DNA of 32,000 bases. Origin: Promethearchaeota archaeon. Its GTDB lineage: Archaea > Asgardarchaeota > Lokiarchaeia > Sigyniarchaeales > SOKP01. Position 1 is the first letter of the stretch, and the number at the start of each line of letters is the position of its first letter. The notes under the pieces are model-generated. The model saw nothing but the letters and a program-made list of their open reading frames with translations. It was not told the DNA's origin and did not search any database. The position numbers and the translations under genes are program-made. Location: contig JAUWGH010000010.1 in the NCBI GenBank assembly GCA_030606485.1, positions 30,001-62,000 on the forward strand. Reading direction: 5' to 3'. Positions 9,292 to 18,180 of the stretch are shown one piece after another.

Positions 9292-9798
9292 ATATTTTTT
9301 TTTTTCCTTCCCCCCCAAATTATTAAGTGGAGGGGAGCTCCAAGTGGAAGGGAGTCTCCATTCTCTTTTTTTTCCTACTCTATACATTATATATGCTCCG
9401 AGTACATATGAAGACACCATAAGTAGGAGATGAATTCTACCTCTTAACACTGCATCCAAAACCAAAACTTGTAAGGGTGCCCAAGGGGCAGCAATAAGTA
9501 CATAGGCGAGAAAAATCCATATAGGACAACCTATACCCCATCCACCAAATCCTACCAATACTATCTTAATAATAATCTTTTGGTGTTTTGATATCCGACC
9601 ATAATACGCTAAAAATATCGCAAATGGGTAAAAAACTGTTAAAAGGATTGCTATCACCAAATTTATAATTCCAAGAGAAAATAACAGCCAAAGCATGAAC
9701 GTTGAGAATATACAACCTCCAATATTAACCCATAACCAGTTCTGTTTAAACTCTTTCCAAAAACCCTTGATCTTTCCTTTTACATTCATTACAATCAT
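9262..9798 (-). CDS. Multi-pass membrane protein, candidate immunity protein
   Basis: 4-5 hydrophobic helices; starts 18 bp after the stop of 9817..11205 on the same strand. Confidence 0.75.
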   Translation of the reverse strand: MIVMNVKGKIKGFWKEFKQNWLWVNIGGCIFSTFMLWLLFSLGIINLVIAILLTVFYPFAIFLAYYGRISKHQKIIIKIVLVGFGGWGIGCPIWIFLAYVLIAAPWAPLQVLVLDAVLRGRIHLLLMVSSYVLGAYIMYRVGKKREWRLPSTWSSPPLNNLGGKEKKKYEVANSSHPT

Positions 9799-9816
9799 CT
9801 ATTTACGAATATATCA

Positions 9817-11205
9817 TTAGCAACAACCTAGCATCTGACAAGCAATATAAGTACTTCCAGTCATAAGAAAATATTCTAATCCAAGAATACAGAATGCACC
9901 TGCACCAGGCACAAAGATAATTAAAAGTACACATGCTATGAATCCACCTGCAGCAACAGCAAGTTCACACAAAACACAGTCCCAGAAAGGGTCACCGCCA
10001 AAGCAGCCACCACCGCCAAGGAGGCCACCGCCACCGCCACCATTGGGTGTGTATGCATCAATTATAATTACTGAATTTTGTTGAATTGGTAAATCATATT
10101 CAGAAAGACATTTTTTTACAAGATATGAAAGTTCCTCAGCTTCTTTGTTCATGACCTTATAGTTGTTGGAAAAACCTTTTAACGAATCATCTTCACTATA
10201 TTTATATACTTCTCCAAGTTCTTTAGCTACTTCTCCTATAATATGGTATTGTTGTGATAATTTAACAGGCGAATTGAACTTTACGATCTCCATCGATGTA
10301 ATAGACTTTTCGTCGGCAGGGATATATCTTAAAATCGTGGAAGAACCATTATAGATTTCTGAATTGAGGGAAGTAAGTCTCGTATAAAAAGTCAAATTAT
10401 ATTCTTCATGTTGAGCTAGATAGTTTAGTTCATAAAATTGCGTGGACGTGTCTCCTGTAATGATTTCACTTGAAATGAAAGAAGCAGTTCTTTTGATTTC
10501 ATTTGTGATCTCATTATAACTCCATAGTAAAGTATTGATAATAGTAAACTCATAGGTTATACCATCAAACTCGTATGTTAGGAGAATTACAATATGATTA
10601 TCGTCTTGCTCTAACACTGTGGACGTGATAGTTATGGATTCACTGTTATCTGGGCATTCCTGATTACTGGTGCAGCATGGACAACCTGTCAGATATAGAA
10701 GTAGAGGTTCTATTTGAAGTTTTGGTTTTTCTATTCCATCTACTGTAACATAGTGATAAGTTGTCCAGATCGGGTATTTAACATCTATCCATGCTAGAAT
10801 GCCGCCAAGCATATTGTTGATTTTCGTAAAGCCATAGTTAACTAGGATTTCTGATGCTAATTGACTCCTGTCTCCAGCCTTGCAGTATATTATAATCTCA
10901 TGATTTACGTGATCTTCAATTTCGCTAATTCTTTTTTCAAGTCCATCGTAGGGTATTAAAATGGCATCGTATAAATGACCCTTCTTATACTCATACGGGG
11001 TTCTAACATCCAAAATTATAAGGTTTGGATATTTATTTTCTTTTTTTATCATGTTATAGGCAGTATCCACAGTAATGTTTTGAAAGGTTTGTTCTTCAGC
11101 AGCAACCGTTATTATTAAACTGAAAGATGGTAGCAAAAAGGCAACTATAATGAGCAGAGCTATTGTTTTACGACTTGTATATTTTAAATTAGTTTTTAAT
11201 TTCAT
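9817..11205 (-). CDS. Secreted rhodanese-domain protein with a C-terminal halocin-C8-like Cys-rich tip
   Basis: Basic then hydrophobic signal peptide. Rhodanese motifs LDVRTPYEY..GH, active-site loop YCKAGDRS and GGILAW. Also a GCPCC linker, a Gly-rich linker, and the tip CVLC..AAGGFIACVLLIIFVPGAGAFC..IACQMLGCC. Confidence 0.85.
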   Translation of the reverse strand: MKLKTNLKYTSRKTIALLIIVAFLLPSFSLIITVAAEEQTFQNITVDTAYNMIKKENKYPNLIILDVRTPYEYKKGHLYDAILIPYDGLEKRISEIEDHVNHEIIIYCKAGDRSQLASEILVNYGFTKINNMLGGILAWIDVKYPIWTTYHYVTVDGIEKPKLQIEPLLLYLTGCPCCTSNQECPDNSESITITSTVLEQDDNHIVILLTYEFDGITYEFTIINTLLWSYNEITNEIKRTASFISSEIITGDTSTQFYELNYLAQHEEYNLTFYTRLTSLNSEIYNGSSTILRYIPADEKSITSMEIVKFNSPVKLSQQYHIIGEVAKELGEVYKYSEDDSLKGFSNNYKVMNKEAEELSYLVKKCLSEYDLPIQQNSVIIIDAYTPNGGGGGGLLGGGGCFGGDPFWDCVLCELAVAAGGFIACVLLIIFVPGAGAFCILGLEYFLMTGSTYIACQMLGCC

Positions 11206-11225
11206 TTTTTCACACTTTTTATATT

Positions 11226-11512
11226 AAATTTTTTATTATAAAATTTTCCGTTTGTATTTTCCATTAAGTGGATATTTAAATATTACTGACAAAATATGAA
11301 TATAAAGAACCTACTATGAAATCTTCACAAGGCAAGATCAGAAAATTTTAAATGACTGGAAATTCATAATTAAATGTTTAACTACATTTAAAAACAGAAT
11401 TATTATAATATTTTAATGAACGAACATCAGAAACTTTTATTTTTTTGATTTATGATATGGCAACTTTTTTGATATTTAAAATTAGGTCTTTAATTTATAT
11501 TTATACTAAAGA
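11226..11512 (-). repeat. Repeat family 1, copy A (upstream of 9817..11205)
   Basis: Roughly 80% identical by eye to 19712-19998 and to 17954-18170. Confidence 0.9.
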
Positions 11513-11973
11513 AATGCAACATTTTCTAAATGAGCTGAACTCAATCCTAAAAAGATACTCATCTCACTTCCCGCAAAAATTTCTTCAGCTAACGTTACTA
11601 TAACGCTATTATCTTTCTCATTATAGTTTTTAGATTAATTTTTTCTTTGCCTTGACATTTCTTTTTCCAGACCCTCATTTTGATTTTTTTTTCTCTTCTT
11701 TTTTACTAATTTCCATTTTAGCTGATAAAATATCTTTGTCTATTGGTCCCTCTTCTTTCATTTCTTCTGATGCGATTGAGAAAGGAGCTTCTGGAGCTAT
11801 TACCTTTATTCATTTACCTTTCATTATCTCTTTTTTCTTTTCGGAATAACAATTTTACCTTTGAGAGCTTTTGATTCCTTTAAATCGACTATAATATTTG
11901 GAACTAGATTTTCCTTTTTTCCTTCTTTTTGTTCTAATTGCTTTCTAACTTCGGGTGAAATGGTAATGGAAAT

Positions 11974-12117
11974 TTACGTTTCGACGGTAAGGCCTGCTCC
12001 TATTGGGAGTAATTGCGAAAAAAATCTTTCGGGATCTTCTGTAAATCGCTTTAAAAGTTTTTCATCTATTCCTTCTAACTCCTTGGGAACTTTTTTTTTG
12101 GATTTTTGAGATTCCAT
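11974..12117 (-). CDS. 47-aa small ORF; the frame stays open past the TAA to 11824 (possible pseudogene)
   Basis: GAGGT Shine-Dalgarno. Translation MESQKSKKKVPKELEGIDEKLLKRFTEDPERFFSQLLPIGAGLTVET. Plus-strand ORFs 11652 and 11861 are its antisense shadows. Confidence 0.5.
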   Translation of the reverse strand: MESQKSKKKVPKELEGIDEKLLKRFTEDPERFFSQLLPIGAGLTVET

Positions 12118-12432
12118 ATAACAACCTCAATTTTAAATTGAATTATTACACCTTTTTAAATTTAAATTATATTTACATTTTCAATTAATGATTTTGGAAC
12201 ATAAATGAATATTTAAATATAGATGGTTAAAAAAAAATACAACAAAAATACTATGAGAGCTATGGATCATAGGATTATGAGCTTTAAAAAACTAATACTT
12301 GTGAATTCATAGATTTAACAACATTCTAAAAGCAAAATATAATATGAATTAAATATATGAATATTTTAAAACATTATTTTTTTAATTGTTATATGCCAAA
12401 AATATTTATGTTTCTCTGAAAGATATTATAAT

Positions 12433-13518
12433 ATGGTATCTAGAAGAAATTTATCTAAGAAAAAAATTTCGTCCCAAAACATTTCTGTATCTCCTTACCT
12501 TAGAGATTGGGTCGAAAGGTATGTCAAGATGGAACAGAAAAAGAACCCTAACGATAAAAGAGTTAAGAGTATATCCTCCTTTTACAATTATGTAATGGAA
12601 TCTGTTCTAAAAATTTTCGAAAAGGGAAAAACCCTAGATGATTTAGAAATATTTGTGGATAAAAAAGTTCAGAATTTCTATGATAAAATCACATTTAGAG
12701 CGCTAATACCCTACTATGAGCAGATAATCAAAATAAACAAATATCAACCAATAGAATTTGATTGTTTAATAGATCTATTCTTAAAATATAGAAGTTTTCT
12801 TATCGGTAAAAATGAGCCTAGTGATGAGATCGCACTGAATATGATAGAAAGATTTAAAAATTTTATGCTCGCTAATAAATTGACCAAGGATTTCAAGATC
12901 GATATTATAAATAATTCTTATATCATAGAATATTCTGGATATTACCCCAATATACATTATGATCATTCGAAATGGATAGCTGGATTAGCTGGGCTTCTAG
13001 GTCTAAAGATAAAGAATTTGATCATATCTAATAACTTTTTAAGATTATCTCTTGAAAAGACTTCTCTGTTTAAAATTCGAGATTTGGAGATAGAAAGGAG
13101 AAGAGAGCTATTTTATTATAATGTTAATAAATTTACGAACTGGTACAGAGTTATAGATGATCAAACTCAACATCTATGGCTAAAAATGTCAAATAATAAA
13201 GATATAATCATTAATTTCAAGGATGTTACAAGTGGTCTTGAGTTTATAAATTCAATAATAAGAGACTTGGTGGAATATGCCAAAACAGAGAACTTAGTTT
13301 TAGATATTTTAAAATTATTTAGATATTTCCGCTGGATTGACATTGATAATTTTGAAAAACCATCATTTCACTTTTGTGTTGAGGATAAGCACCATCACAT
13401 TATAAGGGAGATGGTCTTTAATATATTACAAAAAATGAAAGTAATAATAAAAGAAGAAAATGAAATATTTTATTTAAACTTGAAACAAATCTCTTGCATT
13501 GACTATACAGTTCTCTAA
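12433..13518 (+). CDS. Putative regulator: N-terminal ribbon-helix-helix-like segment plus uncharacterised sensor-like domains
   Basis: NISVSPYLRDWVERYV...SISSFYNYVME has a strand-helix-helix pattern. The domain assignment is inference. Confidence 0.55.
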   Translation: MVSRRNLSKKKISSQNISVSPYLRDWVERYVKMEQKKNPNDKRVKSISSFYNYVMESVLKIFEKGKTLDDLEIFVDKKVQNFYDKITFRALIPYYEQIIKINKYQPIEFDCLIDLFLKYRSFLIGKNEPSDEIALNMIERFKNFMLANKLTKDFKIDIINNSYIIEYSGYYPNIHYDHSKWIAGLAGLLGLKIKNLIISNNFLRLSLEKTSLFKIRDLEIERRRELFYYNVNKFTNWYRVIDDQTQHLWLKMSNNKDIIINFKDVTSGLEFINSIIRDLVEYAKTENLVLDILKLFRYFRWIDIDNFEKPSFHFCVEDKHHHIIREMVFNILQKMKVIIKEENEIFYLNLKQISCIDYTVL

Positions 13519-15027
13519 TCTTATCTCATATTTTTTATTCATTTCACTTTCCATTCTTGGTTTAAACAACTCAAAGTTCATTTCGCTTATTTTTATCAAC
13601 GAACGAATTAAATTTTTGGCATATGGAGAGGAGGTAGATACGGGCGATTTAAGAAGTGCTTCCACAAATCTAGAATATACATCTAGAATCTTCTTTTCAC
13701 TTTCGTGATATGCTTTAAATGCGTATTTTAATGCGGAAAATCCTTTCCCTAGATTTTTATGCTCGAATGGAAAGAAACCTTCATGATATACGAATTCAGA
13801 TGGAAGATCATCTCCAAAAATTCTTCCCTCACTTTTAAGTTGTTCGTAAAGTGGCGTCATTGGAAGCGGTTTTAGAGTAGATATGAAATACCAGAGGGAG
13901 TCATATTCTAAATTTCTTTGTATATCAATTTCAATTGTCTTTTTATTATGTATCGGCAACCCAAGAATAAAGTTGTGATTCGTTATAATACCCATATCAT
14001 TAAGCGACTTAATAAAATTGTTATTTAAACCCTTATTCTTTTCGTATTTTTGAAGAGTGGATTCTATTCCATAGTTGACTAACATGAATTTGATAGCAGA
14101 TTCTTCTTGAATTTTTTTAAGGTTGAATGTTTTCAAATGAGAAAGCGAAATTAAACAAATGATATACATATAATTATTATATCTGCTCTTATTTTCAATA
14201 AAATAATCAAATACCTTTTTCCACACACTCTCTGGAAAGCAAGCATTTGGTTCACATAAATACAATATCATATCACCATCATTTGAGGACATTATTTTTT
14301 CTAGAAGTTCTATTATCTTCTTATGATTACTAAACGGATTGTACTGATAAATTGCGGAAGTAATACAGAAATCACATCTAAATGGGCAACCAATCTGGGA
14401 GACCATATAGGCGGTTTTCATATTTGTTAGAAAACTAAATTGATCAGATATAATTGTCGGCATTTTAAAACCTTCCCTGGAAATGGTAGGGAGGTTGAAT
14501 TTTTTACGAAGCCAGTTAATTCCATTCCCAATACATATGTTTTGCGGTTTAATCAATTTTTGTATATAAGGAAATAATACTCCGATACCGCCCGTGTATA
14601 TTTTTTTGTCTGGATAGTCTCTTTGAATCATATTTATCACATCTACGACTTTATTCAACCCATTTGCATAAGTACTTAATCCAATATGTGTAATCTCATC
14701 ATCTTTATCTAGAATATTCTGAGCATTTTGCACGTTGCACACATCATCAATCACAACAGAGTCAATCTCAGGCAGGTTTTCTGCTAGAAAGTGGCCCTCA
14801 ATATTAGGTGAGTTTAATATATTTGCATAAATAGCAGCATTAAAAGGATTTAATTTGTATCCATATTCGTCGAATGCTCTCTGTATTTCCTCCTTATCAA
14901 CATATTGGGGGTAATCATCATATTTTGGATCATTCAAAACTTCCAGAGCAAGATGCTCCGTCGGTTTTAATTCCTTTGAAAGAGTTTTTAAGAATAAAAT
15001 TTTTGGTTTTCTCAATAATAGCACCAT
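13474..15027 (-). CDS. Cobalamin-binding radical SAM protein
   Basis: CxxxCxxC motif (GCPFRCDFC) preceded by a Rossmann-like B12 domain (HIGLST...KIYTGG), followed by GIES and FILGLP TIM-barrel motifs. Confidence 0.9.
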   Translation of the reverse strand: MVLLLRKPKILFLKTLSKELKPTEHLALEVLNDPKYDDYPQYVDKEEIQRAFDEYGYKLNPFNAAIYANILNSPNIEGHFLAENLPEIDSVVIDDVCNVQNAQNILDKDDEITHIGLSTYANGLNKVVDVINMIQRDYPDKKIYTGGIGVLFPYIQKLIKPQNICIGNGINWLRKKFNLPTISREGFKMPTIISDQFSFLTNMKTAYMVSQIGCPFRCDFCITSAIYQYNPFSNHKKIIELLEKIMSSNDGDMILYLCEPNACFPESVWKKVFDYFIENKSRYNNYMYIICLISLSHLKTFNLKKIQEESAIKFMLVNYGIESTLQKYEKNKGLNNNFIKSLNDMGIITNHNFILGLPIHNKKTIEIDIQRNLEYDSLWYFISTLKPLPMTPLYEQLKSEGRIFGDDLPSEFVYHEGFFPFEHKNLGKGFSALKYAFKAYHESEKKILDVYSRFVEALLKSPVSTSSPYAKNLIRSLIKISEMNFELFKPRMESEMNKKYEIRLENCIVNARDLFQV

Positions 15028-15031
15028 AATA

Positions 15032-16039
15032 TTATTTATTTAATTTGTGAATTTTTGTTATTCCCATTAGTATTGCATCCTTTCCATTCAAATAAAATGG
15101 CAGGAATCCATAATATCTGATATTTAGGTTTAGAAGTAAGCTCTGTAATTGTCTATCATTAATATCAATTACAAAGGATAACGAATTAATTTCATCGGTG
15201 TAATAGAAATCGTTTACAATTTTTTTAATTATCTGATATTTTAAATCTAACGGGATATCATTTATGAATCGAAAATCATACCAAGATTTATGGTATTCAT
15301 TCTCGTATAATTGTGCGCATATACCTCCTTTGTTCATTACAAAATTTTCAGTTCGGATTAGAATCTCATATGGAAATCGATCTTCTATCTTTTCTATTTT
15401 AATTTTATACATTTTTTGAGTAGGAGTCGTTGGTAAAAATATTGGCTGAGCAACGATAAGTCGCTTTAAACCATTTTCTTTGATTGTTTTATAGAGATAT
15501 TTGCAAAACGCTATGTATGGAGTTATAAGTTTCCATTTAAAATCATATGATACCCTCCCAAAAATAATAAACGACTTATTTTTATCATGCATAGGAGTGG
15601 TCCCCAGTTTTACAAAATTATGATTTGTAAGTATTTTTAATATTGGAGTATTAGTGCTACTTACAAATGCATATATACATTTAAGATCAGATTCATTCAA
15701 ATTATTTAATACTTGTTCCATATGAAAACTTATGAGTGTCATAACACCTATGCCTTTGTATTTTTGATTCCCCATTGTCAGCTTTAAGAATGCTACGCCA
15801 TGCTTTATTACACTTAGCATCTGTGCGATTAATTTCCCCTTGTAAAAACCCCCCTTCCAAAAAACGTTATTTTTATCAATGTTATCCTTTATATAACTAC
15901 TAATAATTGCTCTTTCGTAGAACTCCTTCTCTGGATACTCATTCCCATATATTTCCTTAATTAAATTAATAATTTCATCTATATCTTCATAGATGATATC
16001 CCTTACTTCGACTTCTCTCAGAATTTTATATTTTTTCAT
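15032..16039 (-). CDS. GNAT-family acetyltransferase-like protein (probably two GNAT-like domains)
   Basis: VRDIIYEDIDEIINLIKEIYG start, YKGIGVMT motif-A-like segment, NHNFVKLG motif-B-like segment; 4 bp upstream of the radical SAM gene. Confidence 0.7.
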   Translation of the reverse strand: MKKYKILREVEVRDIIYEDIDEIINLIKEIYGNEYPEKEFYERAIISSYIKDNIDKNNVFWKGGFYKGKLIAQMLSVIKHGVAFLKLTMGNQKYKGIGVMTLISFHMEQVLNNLNESDLKCIYAFVSSTNTPILKILTNHNFVKLGTTPMHDKNKSFIIFGRVSYDFKWKLITPYIAFCKYLYKTIKENGLKRLIVAQPIFLPTTPTQKMYKIKIEKIEDRFPYEILIRTENFVMNKGGICAQLYENEYHKSWYDFRFINDIPLDLKYQIIKKIVNDFYYTDEINSLSFVIDINDRQLQSLLLNLNIRYYGFLPFYLNGKDAILMGITKIHKLNK

Positions 16040-16420
16040 ATTTGTTAAAAAATTTCTTTTATAAAATAATTATAAAATCTTACATTTTTATAAAAAAAGA
16101 CCCATGAGAATTACTAAAGTTCAATTTTTACTTATAAGCGCTTCTCTCTCCAAAAAGTTTTAAAATTTCTTTTTTCGTCGATTTTTTGTCGGTCTTATAT
16201 TTAAATAAAAATATTATGATAATAGGGTTGGTCTAATTTCTTAGAATAGCTCAAATGTTAGTTTTAAAAATTATTAAGAAAAAATAAGAATTAATTTATC
16301 TGAATATTATTGAATTCCTATAAAAAATTCTTTCCAATTCAACAACATTCTGAATTTTGAATAGTTTATTGACCAGCTTTGAAATTTTTTTCAATCATAA
16401 TAAATGTTAATTAAAATTGA

Positions 16421-16682
16421 TAATTTTGAGACAAAAAATGGTTGCCATATTATAAATCGAAAAATGAAAGTTATATTACCATTTCATCTAAAAATTTTAT
16501 TATAAAATAATAATAAAATAAGGTTAAAAATTTTAAGGTATTTTTAAAATCTTTTAAATTTGTGGGATTTAATCTTGTATAGGGTTTAACATAGTTTCAT
16601 TGTGATTAAAAATTGTCATATGTATTTAAAAAGGAAAATCTACTGAATGTTATTATCGAAAATTATAAGAAAAATAAATTAA
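16421..16682 (+). repeat. Repeat family 2, copy D (upstream of 16700..17431)
   Basis: Roughly 85% identical by eye to 20376-20642. Confidence 0.9.
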
Positions 16683-16699
16683 TGTAAAAATATTTTGGG

Positions 16700-17431
16700 G
16701 TGAAATTCATGAGTGAAAGAATTTATGGGAAAATGCCATTAGATTATAGTGAAATTAAGGAATTGAAAACAATTGCCAAAGTAGAATTAGGATGGGATAA
16801 GGTAATTGGAGAACTGTGGGATTCCTCAAATGCACTTCTTAGAACTGAAATTGCCAATAGAGGAAAAAATAGAGCAAAAATTTTGAAAATGAAGGAAAGG
16901 GAGAAAACTTACAAAAGACGGGAGAAATCATACCATATACTGAGTGTGGGACATCTAAAGAAAACGTTAGAATTGATAGATGAATCAGTAAAAACTCTAG
17001 GAGATGAAAAAATTAACGAGCTAGAAAAAGTAAAAGAAAATGTAGCTCCACTACGTAATGAAGCGTTGGATTTTATTAAAGAGTCTTTGTTGGAAGAAGA
17101 TATTGAACCTGAAATACCAGGTGAAATTGTAGATATTTATGAAGAATTAGTAAAAGTTGTAGAAGCTGATGGTTTTAAGGGATTAGTTAATAATATCAAG
17201 AAAAACCTGAATGAATTAATTGAAATTCGTTCTGATGAATCAAAAAATAGGGGACGTGACGAAAAACATTCTCCACTTCTGTGGTGGAAATGGCTTATTG
17301 TCGCAGGAATTGTTGGGGCGGGAGTGGCTGTACTTATACCGTGCTTGATATGGCATAAATGTTCATGGTTAATAGCAATTGCCAGTAGGGTTGCTTATTG
17401 GATTATTGAAGTTATTAAAACGGGTTGTTAA
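16700..17431 (+). CDS. Helical charged protein with a hydrophobic Trp/Cys-rich C-terminal hairpin (likely start ATG 16709)
   Basis: E/K-rich helical first ~185 aa, then HSPLLWWKWLIVAGIVGAGVAVLIPCLIWHKCSWLIAIASRVAYWIIEVIKTGC. GGGGTGA Shine-Dalgarno before 16709. Confidence 0.8.
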   Translation: MKFMSERIYGKMPLDYSEIKELKTIAKVELGWDKVIGELWDSSNALLRTEIANRGKNRAKILKMKEREKTYKRREKSYHILSVGHLKKTLELIDESVKTLGDEKINELEKVKENVAPLRNEALDFIKESLLEEDIEPEIPGEIVDIYEELVKVVEADGFKGLVNNIKKNLNELIEIRSDESKNRGRDEKHSPLLWWKWLIVAGIVGAGVAVLIPCLIWHKCSWLIAIASRVAYWIIEVIKTGC

Positions 17432-17450
17432 ATAACAGCTCTTAGGATAT

Positions 17451-17815
17451 CTAGAATTTTAATTTAATTTTTTTTTCTAATTTATCTTTAATATATGAAA
17501 TCTTTATTTGTAAATTATCTAAGAAGCTATACTCTGGAATATGTTCTGTGTCTTAATGTTCTCTAATTCGATTATGTACACTTGAATTTAAAAAATCTAT
17601 ACTCATCCTAAGTAAATTTAAATAATTACCTAGTGAATCTCCTTTCAATTGATCTTCTTTCTTAATTTCTTCTCTCTTCATATAGATAATAATGCGTTAG
17701 ATTGTATAATTCTAAATATGCTTTTGCCCTCATAAGCAGTCATGCTGGGAATATCATATCTTAAAATTGGTACTGAAGCATCTTTCTCAAATTTCATTAA
17801 AGGTTCTTCTGACAT
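17451..17815 (-). pseudogene. Decayed hypothetical gene downstream of repeat copy B
   Basis: MSEEPLMKFEKDASVPILRYDIPS... then a frameshift to MKREEIKKEDQLKGDSLGNYLNLLRMS... and an in-frame TAA. Confidence 0.4.
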
Positions 17816-17891
17816 ATAATATCATCTCTACTCTTAATTAGATTTCTCTATAATATGGAATTTTACTTTAATGAAAATAAAGTAAAAATCA

Positions 17892-18170
17892 CTCTTTTCA
17901 ATATACCATTTCATTTTTTTATCAATTTTCTAATATCTTATACATTTAAGTCAAATTTTTAACTATAAAATTTTCCGTTTGCATTTTTCATTAAGTAGAT
18001 ATTTAAATATAACTGACAACATATGAATACAACGAATCTACTATGAGATCTCCACAAGGTAAGATCATAAAATTCTAAATAATTGGGAATTCATAATTAA
18101 ATGTTTAACTAAATTTAATAATTGAATTATTATAAAAAATTAATGAATAGATGTCAGAAACTTTTATTTT
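17892..18170 (-). repeat. Repeat family 1, copy B (truncated 10 bp from the stop of 18181..19539)
   Basis: Direct repeat of 19651-19929; lacks the GATATGGCAAC end. Confidence 0.9.
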
Positions 18171-18180
18171 ATCTGCTTAC

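Noticed and set aside
8901-9326. ORF 8901..9326 as an intact gene
   Set aside because: Its 5' part is antisense to the orphan pro-domain homology and its 3' part runs through the terminator. Only the middle looks like a foreign fragment.
10163-10354. ORF 10163..10354 (+)
   Set aside because: Antisense shadow of 9817..11205.
11652-12109. Plus-strand ORFs 11652..11849 and 11861..12109
   Set aside because: Ser/Phe-rich antisense shadows of K/E-rich minus-strand frames.
12386-13708. ORFs 12386..12595, 12781..12966 and 13499..13708
   Set aside because: Nested in or antisense to longer supported genes.
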